Source of the DNA: Clostridiales bacterium
GTDB taxonomy: Bacteria > Bacillota > Clostridia > Oscillospirales > CAG-382
Direction: 5' to 3'
Assembly (NCBI GenBank): GCA_004553575.1
Contig: SFLA01000002.1
Location: 474 to 64,473 of the forward strand
Length of the DNA: 64,000 bases
Of this stretch, positions 17,906-26,899 are shown one piece after another. Below the pieces are notes generated by a model. It worked only from the letters and a program-made list of their open reading frames with translations. It did not search any database and was not told where the DNA came from. Position 1 is the stretch's first letter; each line of letters opens with the position of its first letter. The translations under genes were made by a program, and so were the position numbers.

Positions 17906-18847
17906 ATGTGGTTTGTATTTGCGCTGGCGGCGACTGCCGGCTGGGGATTTGCCGATCTGTTTTACAAAAAGGGTACCGACGAAACGGATAAATATTCGCA
18001 TCTGCGCATTGCGGTATGGGTCGGCCTTGTTATGGGCGTGTGCGCCGTTTGTCTGCTTCCGCTTGCCGAAAGCGGTACTGCCGTGTTAAGCATCGGCAAT
18101 CTGATTCGTTATTCGCCCGCGTCGCTTTCGTATATAATATCAATGGTTATCGGTTATGCGGGATTGCGTTATCTCGAGCTGTCCATTATCTCACCGGTTC
18201 AGAACGCATCGGGCGCTCTGTCCGCCGTCGTTATGATCGTATTCTTCACCGTAACGGGAAGATATACGGATATAGCGGAGGAATTCGATATTCTTTCGAT
18301 AATCGGTACCGCCGCGATCTGTATCGGCGTTGTTGCGCTTGCGATAGCCGAGAACCGCGCCGAACGTCCTTCCGACCCCAATCTTCGCCGTTATCGCTAC
18401 GGAGCGGGAGCACTTATTTTTCCGCTGCTGTACTGTATTTTCGATACTATCGGAACCGCAGCCGACGGAATAATCCTCGACGAGCAGACCGGCCTGGGGC
18501 TTGGCGAGATAGATATAATCATTTTATACGGGCTTACCTTTTTTGCTGTCGGCGCAGTCGCATGGCTGTTCCTGCTCTTCCGCGAAAAGAAGCCGTACAA
18601 CCCCTTCCGCGATAAGTACAAGGGCATCGCCGCCGGATTCGAGGAGGCAGGTCAGGTATTGTATGTTTACGCAATGGCCGCAAACCCCGTGCTTTCCGCC
18701 CCGCTCATAGCATCATACTGCATTCTTTCCGTAATTCTTTCCCGGGTGTTCCTTAAGGAAAAACTTTCGCGTCCGCTTACCGCGGCTGTGATAACCGTTA
18801 TTGCCGGAATTGTGCTGCTCGGCGTGTCCGAGGGATTGTCGGCATAG
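17906..18847 (+). CDS. EamA/DMT family transporter
   Basis: 313 aa, about 10 TM helices in a two-halves EamA-like organisation. Confidence 0.75.
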   Translation: MWFVFALAATAGWGFADLFYKKGTDETDKYSHLRIAVWVGLVMGVCAVCLLPLAESGTAVLSIGNLIRYSPASLSYIISMVIGYAGLRYLELSIISPVQNASGALSAVVMIVFFTVTGRYTDIAEEFDILSIIGTAAICIGVVALAIAENRAERPSDPNLRRYRYGAGALIFPLLYCIFDTIGTAADGIILDEQTGLGLGEIDIIILYGLTFFAVGAVAWLFLLFREKKPYNPFRDKYKGIAAGFEEAGQVLYVYAMAANPVLSAPLIASYCILSVILSRVFLKEKLSRPLTAAVITVIAGIVLLGVSEGLSA

Positions 18848-18919
18848 CACATTTCGGATTTTTATACAATATTTATGAAAAATATCCGGGCACAAGACAA
18901 ATAAAATGCATAATTACTC

Positions 18920-18948
18920 TTGATTTTATTTTTTTCGGTGGTATAATT
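18920..18948 (+). promoter_or_regulatory. sigma-A type promoter of the amino-acid ABC operon
   Basis: TTGATT (18920-18925), 17 nt, TATAAT (18943-18948) with TGg extension. Confidence 0.6.
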
Positions 18949-18993
18949 ATCAACACATAAAATACATACTTTGTTTTAACGGAGGATATCCCC

Positions 18994-19752
18994 ATGAAAA
19001 AGCTGCTTGCTCTTGTTTTCTGCTTTGTGCTTGTGTTTGCACTCAGCGGATGCGCTTCTTACCGTACTTATGAACAGATAGCCGCAGACGGAAAGCTCGT
19101 AGTCGCAACCAACGCAACCTTCCCTCCCTACGAATTTATCGACGACGACGGAAACTATTCCGGAATCGATATCGAGATAATCGAGGCTGTCGGCGAATAT
19201 CTCGGTCTCGAGGTTGAGATCCAGAACATCGAATTCGACGCCATACTTACCGCCGTTCCGAGCGGAAAGGCCGATGTCGGAATTGCCGGAATGACAGTCG
19301 ATGAAACCCGCCTGAAGTCGGTCGATTTTTCCGATACCTACGCCACCGGAAAGCAGGTAATAATCACTTCCGCCGATTCCGGAATTGCCGGCGTTGACGA
19401 TCTCGCGGGGAAGAAGGTCGGCGTTCAGACCGGCACCACCGGCGATATCTACGCTTCCGACGACGAGGCTATCGGATCGGTCGAGCAGTACAACAGCGGT
19501 ATCGAGGCTGTGCTCGCTCTGTCCCAGGGCAAGATCGACGCCGTAATTATCGATAACGAGCCGGCAAAGGCTTATATCGCTTCCTACGATTCGCTTATCA
19601 TTATCGACGAGGAATACACTTACGAGGAATACGCCATCTGCATAGCGAAGGGCAACGACACCCTTACCGCCAAGATCAACGAGGCGCTTTCCGCACTCAA
19701 GGCGGACGGCACTCTGCAGGCGATCATCGATAAATACATAAGCGCCGATTAA
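18994..19752 (+). CDS. polar amino-acid ABC transporter substrate-binding lipoprotein
   Basis: Lipobox LSGC. Family-3 SBP blocks (FPPYEF, GIDIEI, DVGIAGMT). GGAGGA RBS. Confidence 0.9.
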   Translation: MKKLLALVFCFVLVFALSGCASYRTYEQIAADGKLVVATNATFPPYEFIDDDGNYSGIDIEIIEAVGEYLGLEVEIQNIEFDAILTAVPSGKADVGIAGMTVDETRLKSVDFSDTYATGKQVIITSADSGIAGVDDLAGKKVGVQTGTTGDIYASDDEAIGSVEQYNSGIEAVLALSQGKIDAVIIDNEPAKAYIASYDSLIIIDEEYTYEEYAICIAKGNDTLTAKINEALSALKADGTLQAIIDKYISAD

Positions 19753-19761
19753 TTGCAGGGA

Positions 19762-20466
19762 ATGAGTGAATTTTTCCGGAATTTTGCACGGCAGTTCAGC
19801 CTGAACTTTATAGAGGGCGACAGGTGGAAGATCATTCTGAACGGTCTTCTGGTCACCCTGCAGATCACTTTCTTTGCCGTGATAATCGGTATCGTTCTCG
19901 GCTTTGCGGTCGGACTTGTCCGCGCTTCGAACGAGCGTGCCGGTAAACTGCGCTTTCTTTCGGGAATATGCCGCGTATATGTTACGGTTATACGCGGCAC
20001 TCCCGTTATGGTGCAGTTGCTTATTATTTATTTCGTGGTATTCATGTCCGTTCCGGTCGACAAAAGACTTGCGGCGATACTTGCGTTCGGTATAAATTCC
20101 GGCGCATATGTATCCGAGATATTCCGCTCCGGAATCCTGTCGGTCGATATAGGACAGACCGAGGCAGGCCGTTCGCTGGGGCTGACCGGCGCGCAGACAA
20201 TGCGGCGGATAGTCCTGCCGCAGGCTGTAAAAAACGCCCTTCCGGCGCTCGGCAACGAGTTTATTTCGCTGCTTAAGGAGACCTCGGTCGTCGGTTATAT
20301 CGGTCTGGTAGATCTTACGAAATCCTATGCAATAATCCAGTCCCGCACCTTCAGCGCCTTCTTTCCGCTTATGGCGATAGCGCTTATATATCTGCTGCTG
20401 GTGCTGGGGCTTACAAAACTGCTCGGATTGCTTGAGAGGAGGCTTCGCGCAAGTGATAAGCATTAG
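19762..20466 (+). CDS. polar amino-acid ABC transporter permease
   Basis: HisM/GlnP-type permease. [10 protein letters not shown] and [16 protein letters not shown]-loop. Start is ATG 19762, or TTG 19753. Confidence 0.9.
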   Translation: MSEFFRNFARQFSLNFIEGDRWKIILNGLLVTLQITFFAVIIGIVLGFAVGLVRASNERAGKLRFLSGICRVYVTVIRGTPVMVQLLIIYFVVFMSVPVDKRLAAILAFGINSGAYVSEIFRSGILSVDIGQTEAGRSLGLTGAQTMRRIVLPQAVKNALPALGNEFISLLKETSVVGYIGLVDLTKSYAIIQSRTFSAFFPLMAIALIYLLLVLGLTKLLGLLERRLRASDKH

Positions 20467-21175
20467 AAACCTCTGTAAGAGCTTCGGAGATCTTAAGGTG
20501 CTTAATAACGTCTCGCTCGAGATAGAAAAGGGCGAGAAGGTGGTCATCGTCGGTCCGTCCGGAAGCGGCAAATCGACATTGCTCCGCTGCATGAATCTGC
20601 TCGAGACGCCTACCTCCGGCAGTGTGCTTGTGGACGGTATTGACATCACCGACCGCAAATGCGACATAAATGCCATAAGGCGAAGAATGGGCATGGTGTT
20701 TCAGAATTTCAATCTGTTTCCGAACATGAGCGTGCTCAAAAATATTACTCTGGCTCCGGTCGTAACCGGGCTTATGACCGCGAAGGACGCGGAAGCCCGT
20801 GCGAGATCGCTGCTCGAGAGGGTTAATCTTTCCGATAAAGCCGACTGCTACCCCTCCCAGCTTTCCGGCGGTCAGAAGCAGCGCATAGCTATCGTTCGTG
20901 CACTCGCAATGGATCCCGAGGTCATGCTGTTTGACGAGCCGACATCGGCGCTCGACCCGGAAATGGTCGGCGAGGTGCTTGAGGTCATGCGTGAACTCGC
21001 GGAAATAAATATGACTATGGTAGTCGTCACTCATGAGATGGGATTTGCACGGGAGGCGGCGACCCGCGTCCTGTTTATGGACGGCGGCGTAATCGTGGAG
21101 GAGGCTCCGCCGGACAGGTTCTTTACCAGTCCGTCGTCTCCTCGTCTTAAGGAATTTCTTTCGCGTATATTATAA
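20453..21175 (+). CDS. polar amino-acid ABC transporter ATP-binding protein
   Basis: [31 protein letters not shown] 20453 overlaps the permease stop. Confidence 0.9.
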   Translation: MISIRNLCKSFGDLKVLNNVSLEIEKGEKVVIVGPSGSGKSTLLRCMNLLETPTSGSVLVDGIDITDRKCDINAIRRRMGMVFQNFNLFPNMSVLKNITLAPVVTGLMTAKDAEARARSLLERVNLSDKADCYPSQLSGGQKQRIAIVRALAMDPEVMLFDEPTSALDPEMVGEVLEVMRELAEINMTMVVVTHEMGFAREAATRVLFMDGGVIVEEAPPDRFFTSPSSPRLKEFLSRIL

Positions 21176-21182
21176 CGTACTG

Positions 21183-21228
21183 TTATCCTCGGTTTGCGGC
21201 AGCGAACTGAGGATAAGTGTTTATTTCC
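21183..21228 (+). terminator. putative terminator of the ABC operon
   Basis: TTATCCTC (21183-21190) pairs with GAGGATAA (21209-21216), followed by GTGTTTATTT. Confidence 0.55.
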
Positions 21229-21607
21229 GGCACATGAGACAATAGCCACAGCATAATAATACTTCTTTGCAAGGCAGCGCCGATGCTTAGGCAAACGTCA
21301 GGTAGGACATTATTGTATATACCGGTTGCGTCGCACTGCCGGTGACGGCTGTAAGCACGATAGTCGGGCTCGTTTCGTGTGCGCACATTCCTTTGTGCCC
21401 ATATCATCGGCAGCCTTTCGGGCGTGCGGAATATGGCGTCGCTGCCGCCCGAGCCGTAAGCGTACCGCTCACGGTTACAGCCGGGCTTATACCGGCGTTT
21501 GCCGCGTCCGCAAAGGATCCCGCCGCCGCATTGAGGCCGGAGTAAATCGGGCAATGCCGAACCTTCCGCTTACGCGGCGATTATGAGCCGTACGTAAATA
21601 ACGATAA

Positions 21608-21636
21608 CTGCCCGGGTTCAAAATGAGCCCGGGCAG
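21608..21636 (-). terminator. hairpin downstream of the YitT-family gene
   Basis: CTGCCCGGG (21608-21616) pairs with CCCGGGCAG (21628-21636). T-rich flanks on both strands (TTATCGTTATTT on minus). Confidence 0.55.
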
Positions 21637-21711
21637 ACTGTATTTTATATACAATTTGTGGGATGCGGAGATACATACGACCTTCTCCCCGTCCGCTTTT
21701 GGCTTATGACG

Positions 21712-22563
21712 CTATATCGAGCGGAAATTCTTTCCGAGTATCTCGCTGGTGTTGGTTATGAACATAAACGCCTCCGGATCGACCTCGCGGATCTTTTTGC
21801 GCAGGCGGAGCGCCTCGCTGCGCCGGCAGGCGGTAAGCAGCAGAGTTTTGCTGCTGTGTGTGAAGGCCCCCGTTCCGGTAAGCATTGTCGCGGTATGATT
21901 AAGATCGTTCATTATGAAATCCGATATCTCTTCCGGCTTGTCCGTCACTATCGTAAAGTATTTGCACAGGTTCAGACCGTCGATAACCGTGTCGATAAGG
22001 AAGGATTTGGTTACGAGACCGAGTATCGAGAACAGCCCTATCCGCACTCCGAACACAAAAAACGACATTGACGCAATTATAATGTCGGCGCAGAGCAGAG
22101 CCTTTCCGGAATCCAGCCCGAAGTACTTGCGTATAATCATTGCGATAATATCGGTTCCTCCGGACGATCCGTCGTGGTCGAAGATTATCGCGCTGCCAAC
22201 CGACGGCAGGGATATGGCAAATATAAGCTCAAGCAGAGTCTCGTCGGTCAGCGGACCTGTCATGGGTACAAACCGCTCAAGCAGCCATGTCAGCGCCGAA
22301 AAGAGAAGCGAGCAGTAGGCCGTTTTAACGCCGAAACCCTTGCCGAGCACGAGAAATCCGATGATAAGCAACAGTATATTGAGTATGGTCATAATCGTCG
22401 CCGTGGACGGAAGTGTGGGCCACAGCCCGGATATGAGCAGCGAAAGACCGCTTATCCCGCCGGTCACAAAACGGTTCTGGAACTTAAAGAAATATATCCC
22501 GACGGCGGTCAGAACCGACCCGAAAGTAAGTACGCCGAATTCTTTAAGCTTGACCTTCATCAT
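21712..22563 (-). CDS. YitT family (DUF2179) membrane protein
   Basis: 283 aa. N-terminal 5-TM region with GGxSG (TGGISGLSLL, GSSGGTDI). C-terminal soluble DUF2179-like domain. Confidence 0.8.
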   Translation of the reverse strand: MMKVKLKEFGVLTFGSVLTAVGIYFFKFQNRFVTGGISGLSLLISGLWPTLPSTATIMTILNILLLIIGFLVLGKGFGVKTAYCSLLFSALTWLLERFVPMTGPLTDETLLELIFAISLPSVGSAIIFDHDGSSGGTDIIAMIIRKYFGLDSGKALLCADIIIASMSFFVFGVRIGLFSILGLVTKSFLIDTVIDGLNLCKYFTIVTDKPEEISDFIMNDLNHTATMLTGTGAFTHSSKTLLLTACRRSEALRLRKKIREVDPEAFMFITNTSEILGKNFRSI

Positions 22564-22701
22564 CTCACCCCATAGTATTATAACGCCGAAAACCCCTTTG
22601 TCAACAATTTGCTTAAAAATTAATATTATTATTGCAACATCGCAAAAAATGTGATATCCTTAATATGTATGTAAATGCACATCAGTCAGGGAGGAACGGT
22701 C

Positions 22702-23283
22702 ATGGCGAAGCTGTATTTCAAGTACGGCACGATGGGCAGCTCCAAGAGCGCGCAGGCGCTTATAACCAAGTTCAATTACGAGGAGCGGGGCATGAGTGTC
22801 TGGCTTATCAAGCCCGCGATCGACACCCGCGACGGAGCAAGCATAATAAAGAGCCGTATCGGTCTTTATGCGGAGGCGGATCCGATAAATGCGGACGACG
22901 ATATATACGCCATGTACGTTGCCTCGCACCGCGGCTGCGACGTGATTATTGCCGATGAGTGCGAAATGTTTACCGAGGATAATATCGACCAGATGCGGCG
23001 GATAGTGGACGAGTTCAATCTGCCGGTTATAAATTTCGGGCTCCGCGCCGATTTCAGAACAAGGCTGTTCCCCGGCTCCAAGCGGCTGTTTGAGCTGGCG
23101 GATTCTATAACCGAGATAAAGACGGTATGCGCCTGCGGCGCCAAAGCTACCGTAAACGCCCGCATTTCGCCTGACGGAAAAGTCGTTACCGAGGGAGCGC
23201 AGATAATGCTCGGGGGCAACGAGTGCTATACCGCGATGTGTCACAGATGTTATGTGAATGAGCAGAAGAAGGGGAACGAATAA
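22702..23283 (+). CDS. tdk: thymidine kinase
   Basis: Track ORF trimmed to ATG 22702, after GGGAGG. E. coli-type TK blocks: LYFKYGTMGSSKS, ADECEMF, GLRADFR, C-terminal zinc-site cysteines CACG..CHRC. Confidence 0.9.
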   Translation: MAKLYFKYGTMGSSKSAQALITKFNYEERGMSVWLIKPAIDTRDGASIIKSRIGLYAEADPINADDDIYAMYVASHRGCDVIIADECEMFTEDNIDQMRRIVDEFNLPVINFGLRADFRTRLFPGSKRLFELADSITEIKTVCACGAKATVNARISPDGKVVTEGAQIMLGGNECYTAMCHRCYVNEQKKGNE

Positions 23284-25193
23284 TGAGCGTAACGAAATAT
23301 CTTTTCGATTCACTGAGCAATGCCATGCCGCTCTGCCCGCATCTCGGAGGAGCGTATTCCGTCAATTCCTACGATATCCTTCAGGGCAGGATAAATTCCA
23401 GCCGGTTTTCGAGCCTGTCCGAGGATATGCGGATATCGTCGGACACCGAGGTAGTCATAGTCGCCAAATCGGTTAATACTTCTGTCGGCGGAGGTATATA
23501 CAGCTCCTCATCGACGTCTGCGCTGCGCGGCCTGTATTTTATCCCCGCGATGCTCGGCACCGACGGAAGGCTTTCTCTGATTCAGTCCAAACTTCCGTAT
23601 TTTGAAGAAGAATTCCTCGGCGGAGAGTACTGCTTCGGCGACCGAGCCGCCGCTCACGGCTATCTCGCCAACAACACCCGGCTTATATCGGCAGTCTATG
23701 CCAACGGAAGCTGGGAGGCGTATATAAAGCTCGCCGTCGCTTATTTCGAGGAGGTGTGCCGAGTTTCATATAACGAGTGCTACCTCTTTAACCGCGCCGA
23801 CGAGACACGGTTCATTCTCGACCGGAACTGCTACATACTTCCCGCCGGCAGGGTGACTCATATAAAGCCCATGCTGCGCCTGTATGCGCGGATATTCAAG
23901 GCGGGAAATCCCAATAAGCTGTACGGCGATTTCTGCGAAGGGAACGGCGAGAACGTTTCGTTTATAACTTTAACCCCGCAGGAGAAGCAGGATTTTATCC
24001 GCGAGATAGCGGTAAGCTGGATAGTCAACAATGCTCTTAAGCGCGCACCGTCAATGCCGATCGTTGTCGGTACCGACATGTCGCCCTCGCTGCGTCTGGC
24101 GGAGGGAGGAAACGACCTGTTCGGCTACTGGACCGATATACGCAGCAGCGTCCAGTCGCTCCCGGCGATAGATACGACGGGAATACCGACGGACAGCGTG
24201 TTTTCCGCCTGTGCCCGCCGCTACGGAGTGACCTTTTCCTCCGCAGTCGGATGCGTCGAGCGTATTCACCGCGAGCTTACCTCGCTGTCTCTGCTGAACG
24301 ACCGGGTTCTTACCGAGATAAAGAAAAATCCCGGACTTATGTCCTTCCCGTGTTCGGACGGAAAGAGGCAGACCTTCGCAGCCTCGCAGACATTGCTTAA
24401 ATGCGAGGAGCTCGAGCGTACCCTGCGTGAGAGAAGAGTGGAATGGGAGATATTCCTTCAGAAGCTTCCCGCCCGTATAAAGCTGTTCGGCGGGCTTAAG
24501 TCCGTGCGCGAGGAGCGCGAGGAGCTGTTTGCCGAATTCATGGGCGACAAGGATTCCTTCCTGCGTCCCGATATGACCCCGCAGCAGATTCTTTCGGAGT
24601 TCACGGTTATGGCGGAGAAAAACGCCGCTCTTATGAAGGATATGAAGGCAAAGAAAGCGCTGCTCGACATTATCGGCGAATACAGCGAGTTCGGTATCGA
24701 CTTCTTCCGTGCCGACCCCGACGGAACCGACCCGGATTTTGTCTGCACCGTTCAGGATATGACCGCCCTTATAAAGAAGCGCGTTATGCCTACGATGTTC
24801 TGGCTGGCCGTGCATTATTACGAATGCGTATGGGCGTCCGACCCTGTCGGGAATCCGTATACGCTGGCTCCCGTAATTTTTGCGCCCTGCGTTAAGATTG
24901 CCGATCAGTTCGATACGTTCGATTCGATACCCCTGCTGATAATCGATCATGCGGACAGCATTTCGCCCGAATATGCCGGCGGTTTGTTCGCGCTGGCAAA
25001 AAGCGCAATACTTATATGCGACGGCGACGGAAGCCGGCCGGTGCATACCGTGCCGCGCGGGACAGACCCTGTGCTCGCAATACGCGGCGGAGCGATAGAG
25101 TATGCCGACGAATTCGAAAAGATAAAAAAAGCCGGTCTTTCGGTGTCTTCCTGCTCGCTTGCGGACTGCTTCAGGGTATCCGATCCGACTTGA
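23283..25193 (+). CDS. uncharacterised 636-aa protein with degenerate SF1-helicase-like motifs
   Basis: ATG 23283 overlaps the tdk TAA (TAATG). Long ORF with no competing recognisable gene. Motif relics LTPQEKQDFI...MPIVVGTDMSPS and LLIIDHADSISPE...AILICDGDG. See findings. Confidence 0.7.
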   Translation: MSVTKYLFDSLSNAMPLCPHLGGAYSVNSYDILQGRINSSRFSSLSEDMRISSDTEVVIVAKSVNTSVGGGIYSSSSTSALRGLYFIPAMLGTDGRLSLIQSKLPYFEEEFLGGEYCFGDRAAAHGYLANNTRLISAVYANGSWEAYIKLAVAYFEEVCRVSYNECYLFNRADETRFILDRNCYILPAGRVTHIKPMLRLYARIFKAGNPNKLYGDFCEGNGENVSFITLTPQEKQDFIREIAVSWIVNNALKRAPSMPIVVGTDMSPSLRLAEGGNDLFGYWTDIRSSVQSLPAIDTTGIPTDSVFSACARRYGVTFSSAVGCVERIHRELTSLSLLNDRVLTEIKKNPGLMSFPCSDGKRQTFAASQTLLKCEELERTLRERRVEWEIFLQKLPARIKLFGGLKSVREEREELFAEFMGDKDSFLRPDMTPQQILSEFTVMAEKNAALMKDMKAKKALLDIIGEYSEFGIDFFRADPDGTDPDFVCTVQDMTALIKKRVMPTMFWLAVHYYECVWASDPVGNPYTLAPVIFAPCVKIADQFDTFDSIPLLIIDHADSISPEYAGGLFALAKSAILICDGDGSRPVHTVPRGTDPVLAIRGGAIEYADEFEKIKKAGLSVSSCSLADCFRVSDPT

Positions 25194-25218
25194 CACGGAG
25201 CAATATCTGTGTTAAAAT
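25190..25218 (+). promoter_or_regulatory. sigma-A type promoter for the second SBP pair
   Basis: TTGACA (25190-25195, overlapping the stop of the 636-aa gene), 17 nt, TAAAAT (25213-25218). Confidence 0.55.
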
Positions 25219-25277
25219 ACACCCATCTGTATTCTAAACCGTTTGTTTAGCCATTTTTAATTGAAAGGAATGCGCAA

Positions 25278-26777
25278 ATGAAAAAACACATCAGACTGTC
25301 AGCCCTTATTCTGTGCCTGCTGATGATCGCCGGTGCTTTTGCTGCCTGCCAGCCCACATCCGACACATCGGATGTCAGCGGAAATACCAGTGAAAACGGC
25401 ACCGAGGGCGGCCGCTATGTTGCGGATCTGCCTGAATTCAAGTGGGATACCTCCAACGAAACCTACGCCAAGTTCAAAGTCTGCGTATACAGCAACGAGC
25501 AGCAGACCACCTATTTTTCCGAGGAGATCGGATACGGCATGTATACCACCACCGATGAGGTTATAACCGATGCGGTAATGAATCGCAACAACTATGTAAC
25601 CCAGCTCACCGGCGTGGAAGTGGTCGCATGTGCCGTACCGGATGTACTTCCCGCGGTACAGAACGACCTTGTCGGCGGAACCCAGCTTTACGATATGGCA
25701 ATGCCGTTCATGCCTGCCGCCGCAACTCTGGCACAGGAAGGATCGCTGTATGCTCTCAACGACGAAAAGTTCGCCGATTATATCGATCTTTCCAAGCCGT
25801 GGTGGGATCAGAACGCAAACGCCTCGCTTTCCGTAGACGGCAAGCTGTTCTTCACGATCGGCGATATTTCGATAATGCAGAAGATAGTCAGTACAGCCAT
25901 CACCTTCAACAAGGAAATGTACGCGACTTATTTCCCCGGCGAAGATTCTCTTTATGATGTAGTAAAGGACGGCGACTGGACGCTTGACCTTATGGTAAGA
26001 CTTTCCAAGGCTGTCACCCAGGATAACGGCGACGGAGTATGGGACAGCAACGACCAGTGGGGACTTTCCTCCTCCTATGCCGACTCCAATATGTTCTATC
26101 TCGCCTCCGGCCAGAGTATCTGCTCAAAGGATTCGGACGATATACCCGTGTTCTCGATGGACAACAACGCAAGCGTGAACATAATCCAGAACATACTCAC
26201 CAACCTCCAGCTTCCGAACACCTGGTGCATCCACGCCCAGCAGTTCGATGCGGCGAACAGATGGGTAATTTCGCTGGATATTTTCGGCGAGGGCAGATGT
26301 CTGTTCAGAACCAGCGCTTTCTCCGCCATCAAGAAGCTCCGCGCCTATGAAGAGGGTGTGGAATTCGGTATAATCCCGATGCCCAAGATGACCGCAGAGC
26401 AGGAGAATTATTACACTCCGTGCTCCGCAAGGTATTCATACGCAGTCGTTATACCCAACAATGTTGCCGACGCGGAATTTTCGGCTTATATGACCGAGCT
26501 GCTTTGCTGCGAGGGAAAGAACTATATAGCAGACGCGTATTACGAGACCACTCTTAAATCGAGAGACGCCCGTGACGACGAGTCCGAGGAGATGCTCGAT
26601 CTCATATTCAGCAATGTCGTGTATGATGTCGGATATATATATAACTTCGGCAGTGCATCCAACTTGCTCGAGAATATGATGAGCATAAACTCCACCGATA
26701 TCGCCTCCCAGCTCGAGACCATAACCCCCACGGTAGAAGCTGCTATCGAGGAGACGATCGAGAATTTCAGAGACTGA
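25278..26777 (+). CDS. large extracellular solute-binding lipoprotein (paralog 3)
   Basis: Lipobox FAAC, 499 aa. Collinear with 26900..28405 (e.g. GRYVADLPEFKWDTSNETY, AYYETTLKSRDARDDESEEMLDLIF, IEETIENFRD end). Confidence 0.8.
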   Translation: MKKHIRLSALILCLLMIAGAFAACQPTSDTSDVSGNTSENGTEGGRYVADLPEFKWDTSNETYAKFKVCVYSNEQQTTYFSEEIGYGMYTTTDEVITDAVMNRNNYVTQLTGVEVVACAVPDVLPAVQNDLVGGTQLYDMAMPFMPAAATLAQEGSLYALNDEKFADYIDLSKPWWDQNANASLSVDGKLFFTIGDISIMQKIVSTAITFNKEMYATYFPGEDSLYDVVKDGDWTLDLMVRLSKAVTQDNGDGVWDSNDQWGLSSSYADSNMFYLASGQSICSKDSDDIPVFSMDNNASVNIIQNILTNLQLPNTWCIHAQQFDAANRWVISLDIFGEGRCLFRTSAFSAIKKLRAYEEGVEFGIIPMPKMTAEQENYYTPCSARYSYAVVIPNNVADAEFSAYMTELLCCEGKNYIADAYYETTLKSRDARDDESEEMLDLIFSNVVYDVGYIYNFGSASNLLENMMSINSTDIASQLETITPTVEAAIEETIENFRD

Positions 26778-26796
26778 TGTACGAATAAACTGCTCA

Positions 26797-26830
26797 GGCG
26801 GCGGAACCTCGGTTCCACCGCCCGTGCCTT
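26797..26830 (+). terminator. possible weak terminator between paralogs 3 and 4
   Basis: GGCGGcGGAAC ctcg GTTCCaCCGCC with one mismatch. The T-run begins only 6 nt after the stem. Confidence 0.4.
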
Positions 26831-26899
26831 TTCCGCGGTTTTACCGTATCTGTATACTTTTCCGCAAAGTGGCGGAACGCAATAATTACGGAGGAAAAA

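Noticed and set aside
18976-20694. 572-aa minus-strand ORF
   Set aside because: Lies exactly antisense to the three recognisable amino-acid ABC transporter genes. No motifs and an implausible composition.
21350-21495. Resemblance of GATAGTCGGGCTC and ACAGCCGGGCTTAT to the two RNase P RNA P4 strands (GAAAGUCCGGGCU / ACAGAACCCGGCUUA)
   Set aside because: The two segments are only about 115 nt apart, against about 290 nt in real RNase P RNA. They are not complementary to each other, as P4 requires. Other universal elements are missing.
21183-21554. 123-aa minus-strand ORF, and two plus-strand ORFs of 67-86 aa, in the spacer between the ABC operon and the YitT-family gene
   Set aside because: No RBS. 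Arg/Cys/Gly-rich sequences without hydrophobic periodicity. They overlap the ABC-operon terminator. The region is reported instead as a candidate ncRNA or relic.
22702-22760. tdk P-loop reads GTMGSSKS, with Ser where GxxxxGK[ST] has the second Gly
   Set aside because: The rest of the enzyme is intact, including the catalytic acid region and zinc-site cysteines. I cannot verify how common this variant is among E. coli-type thymidine kinases, so it is not flagged as a finding.
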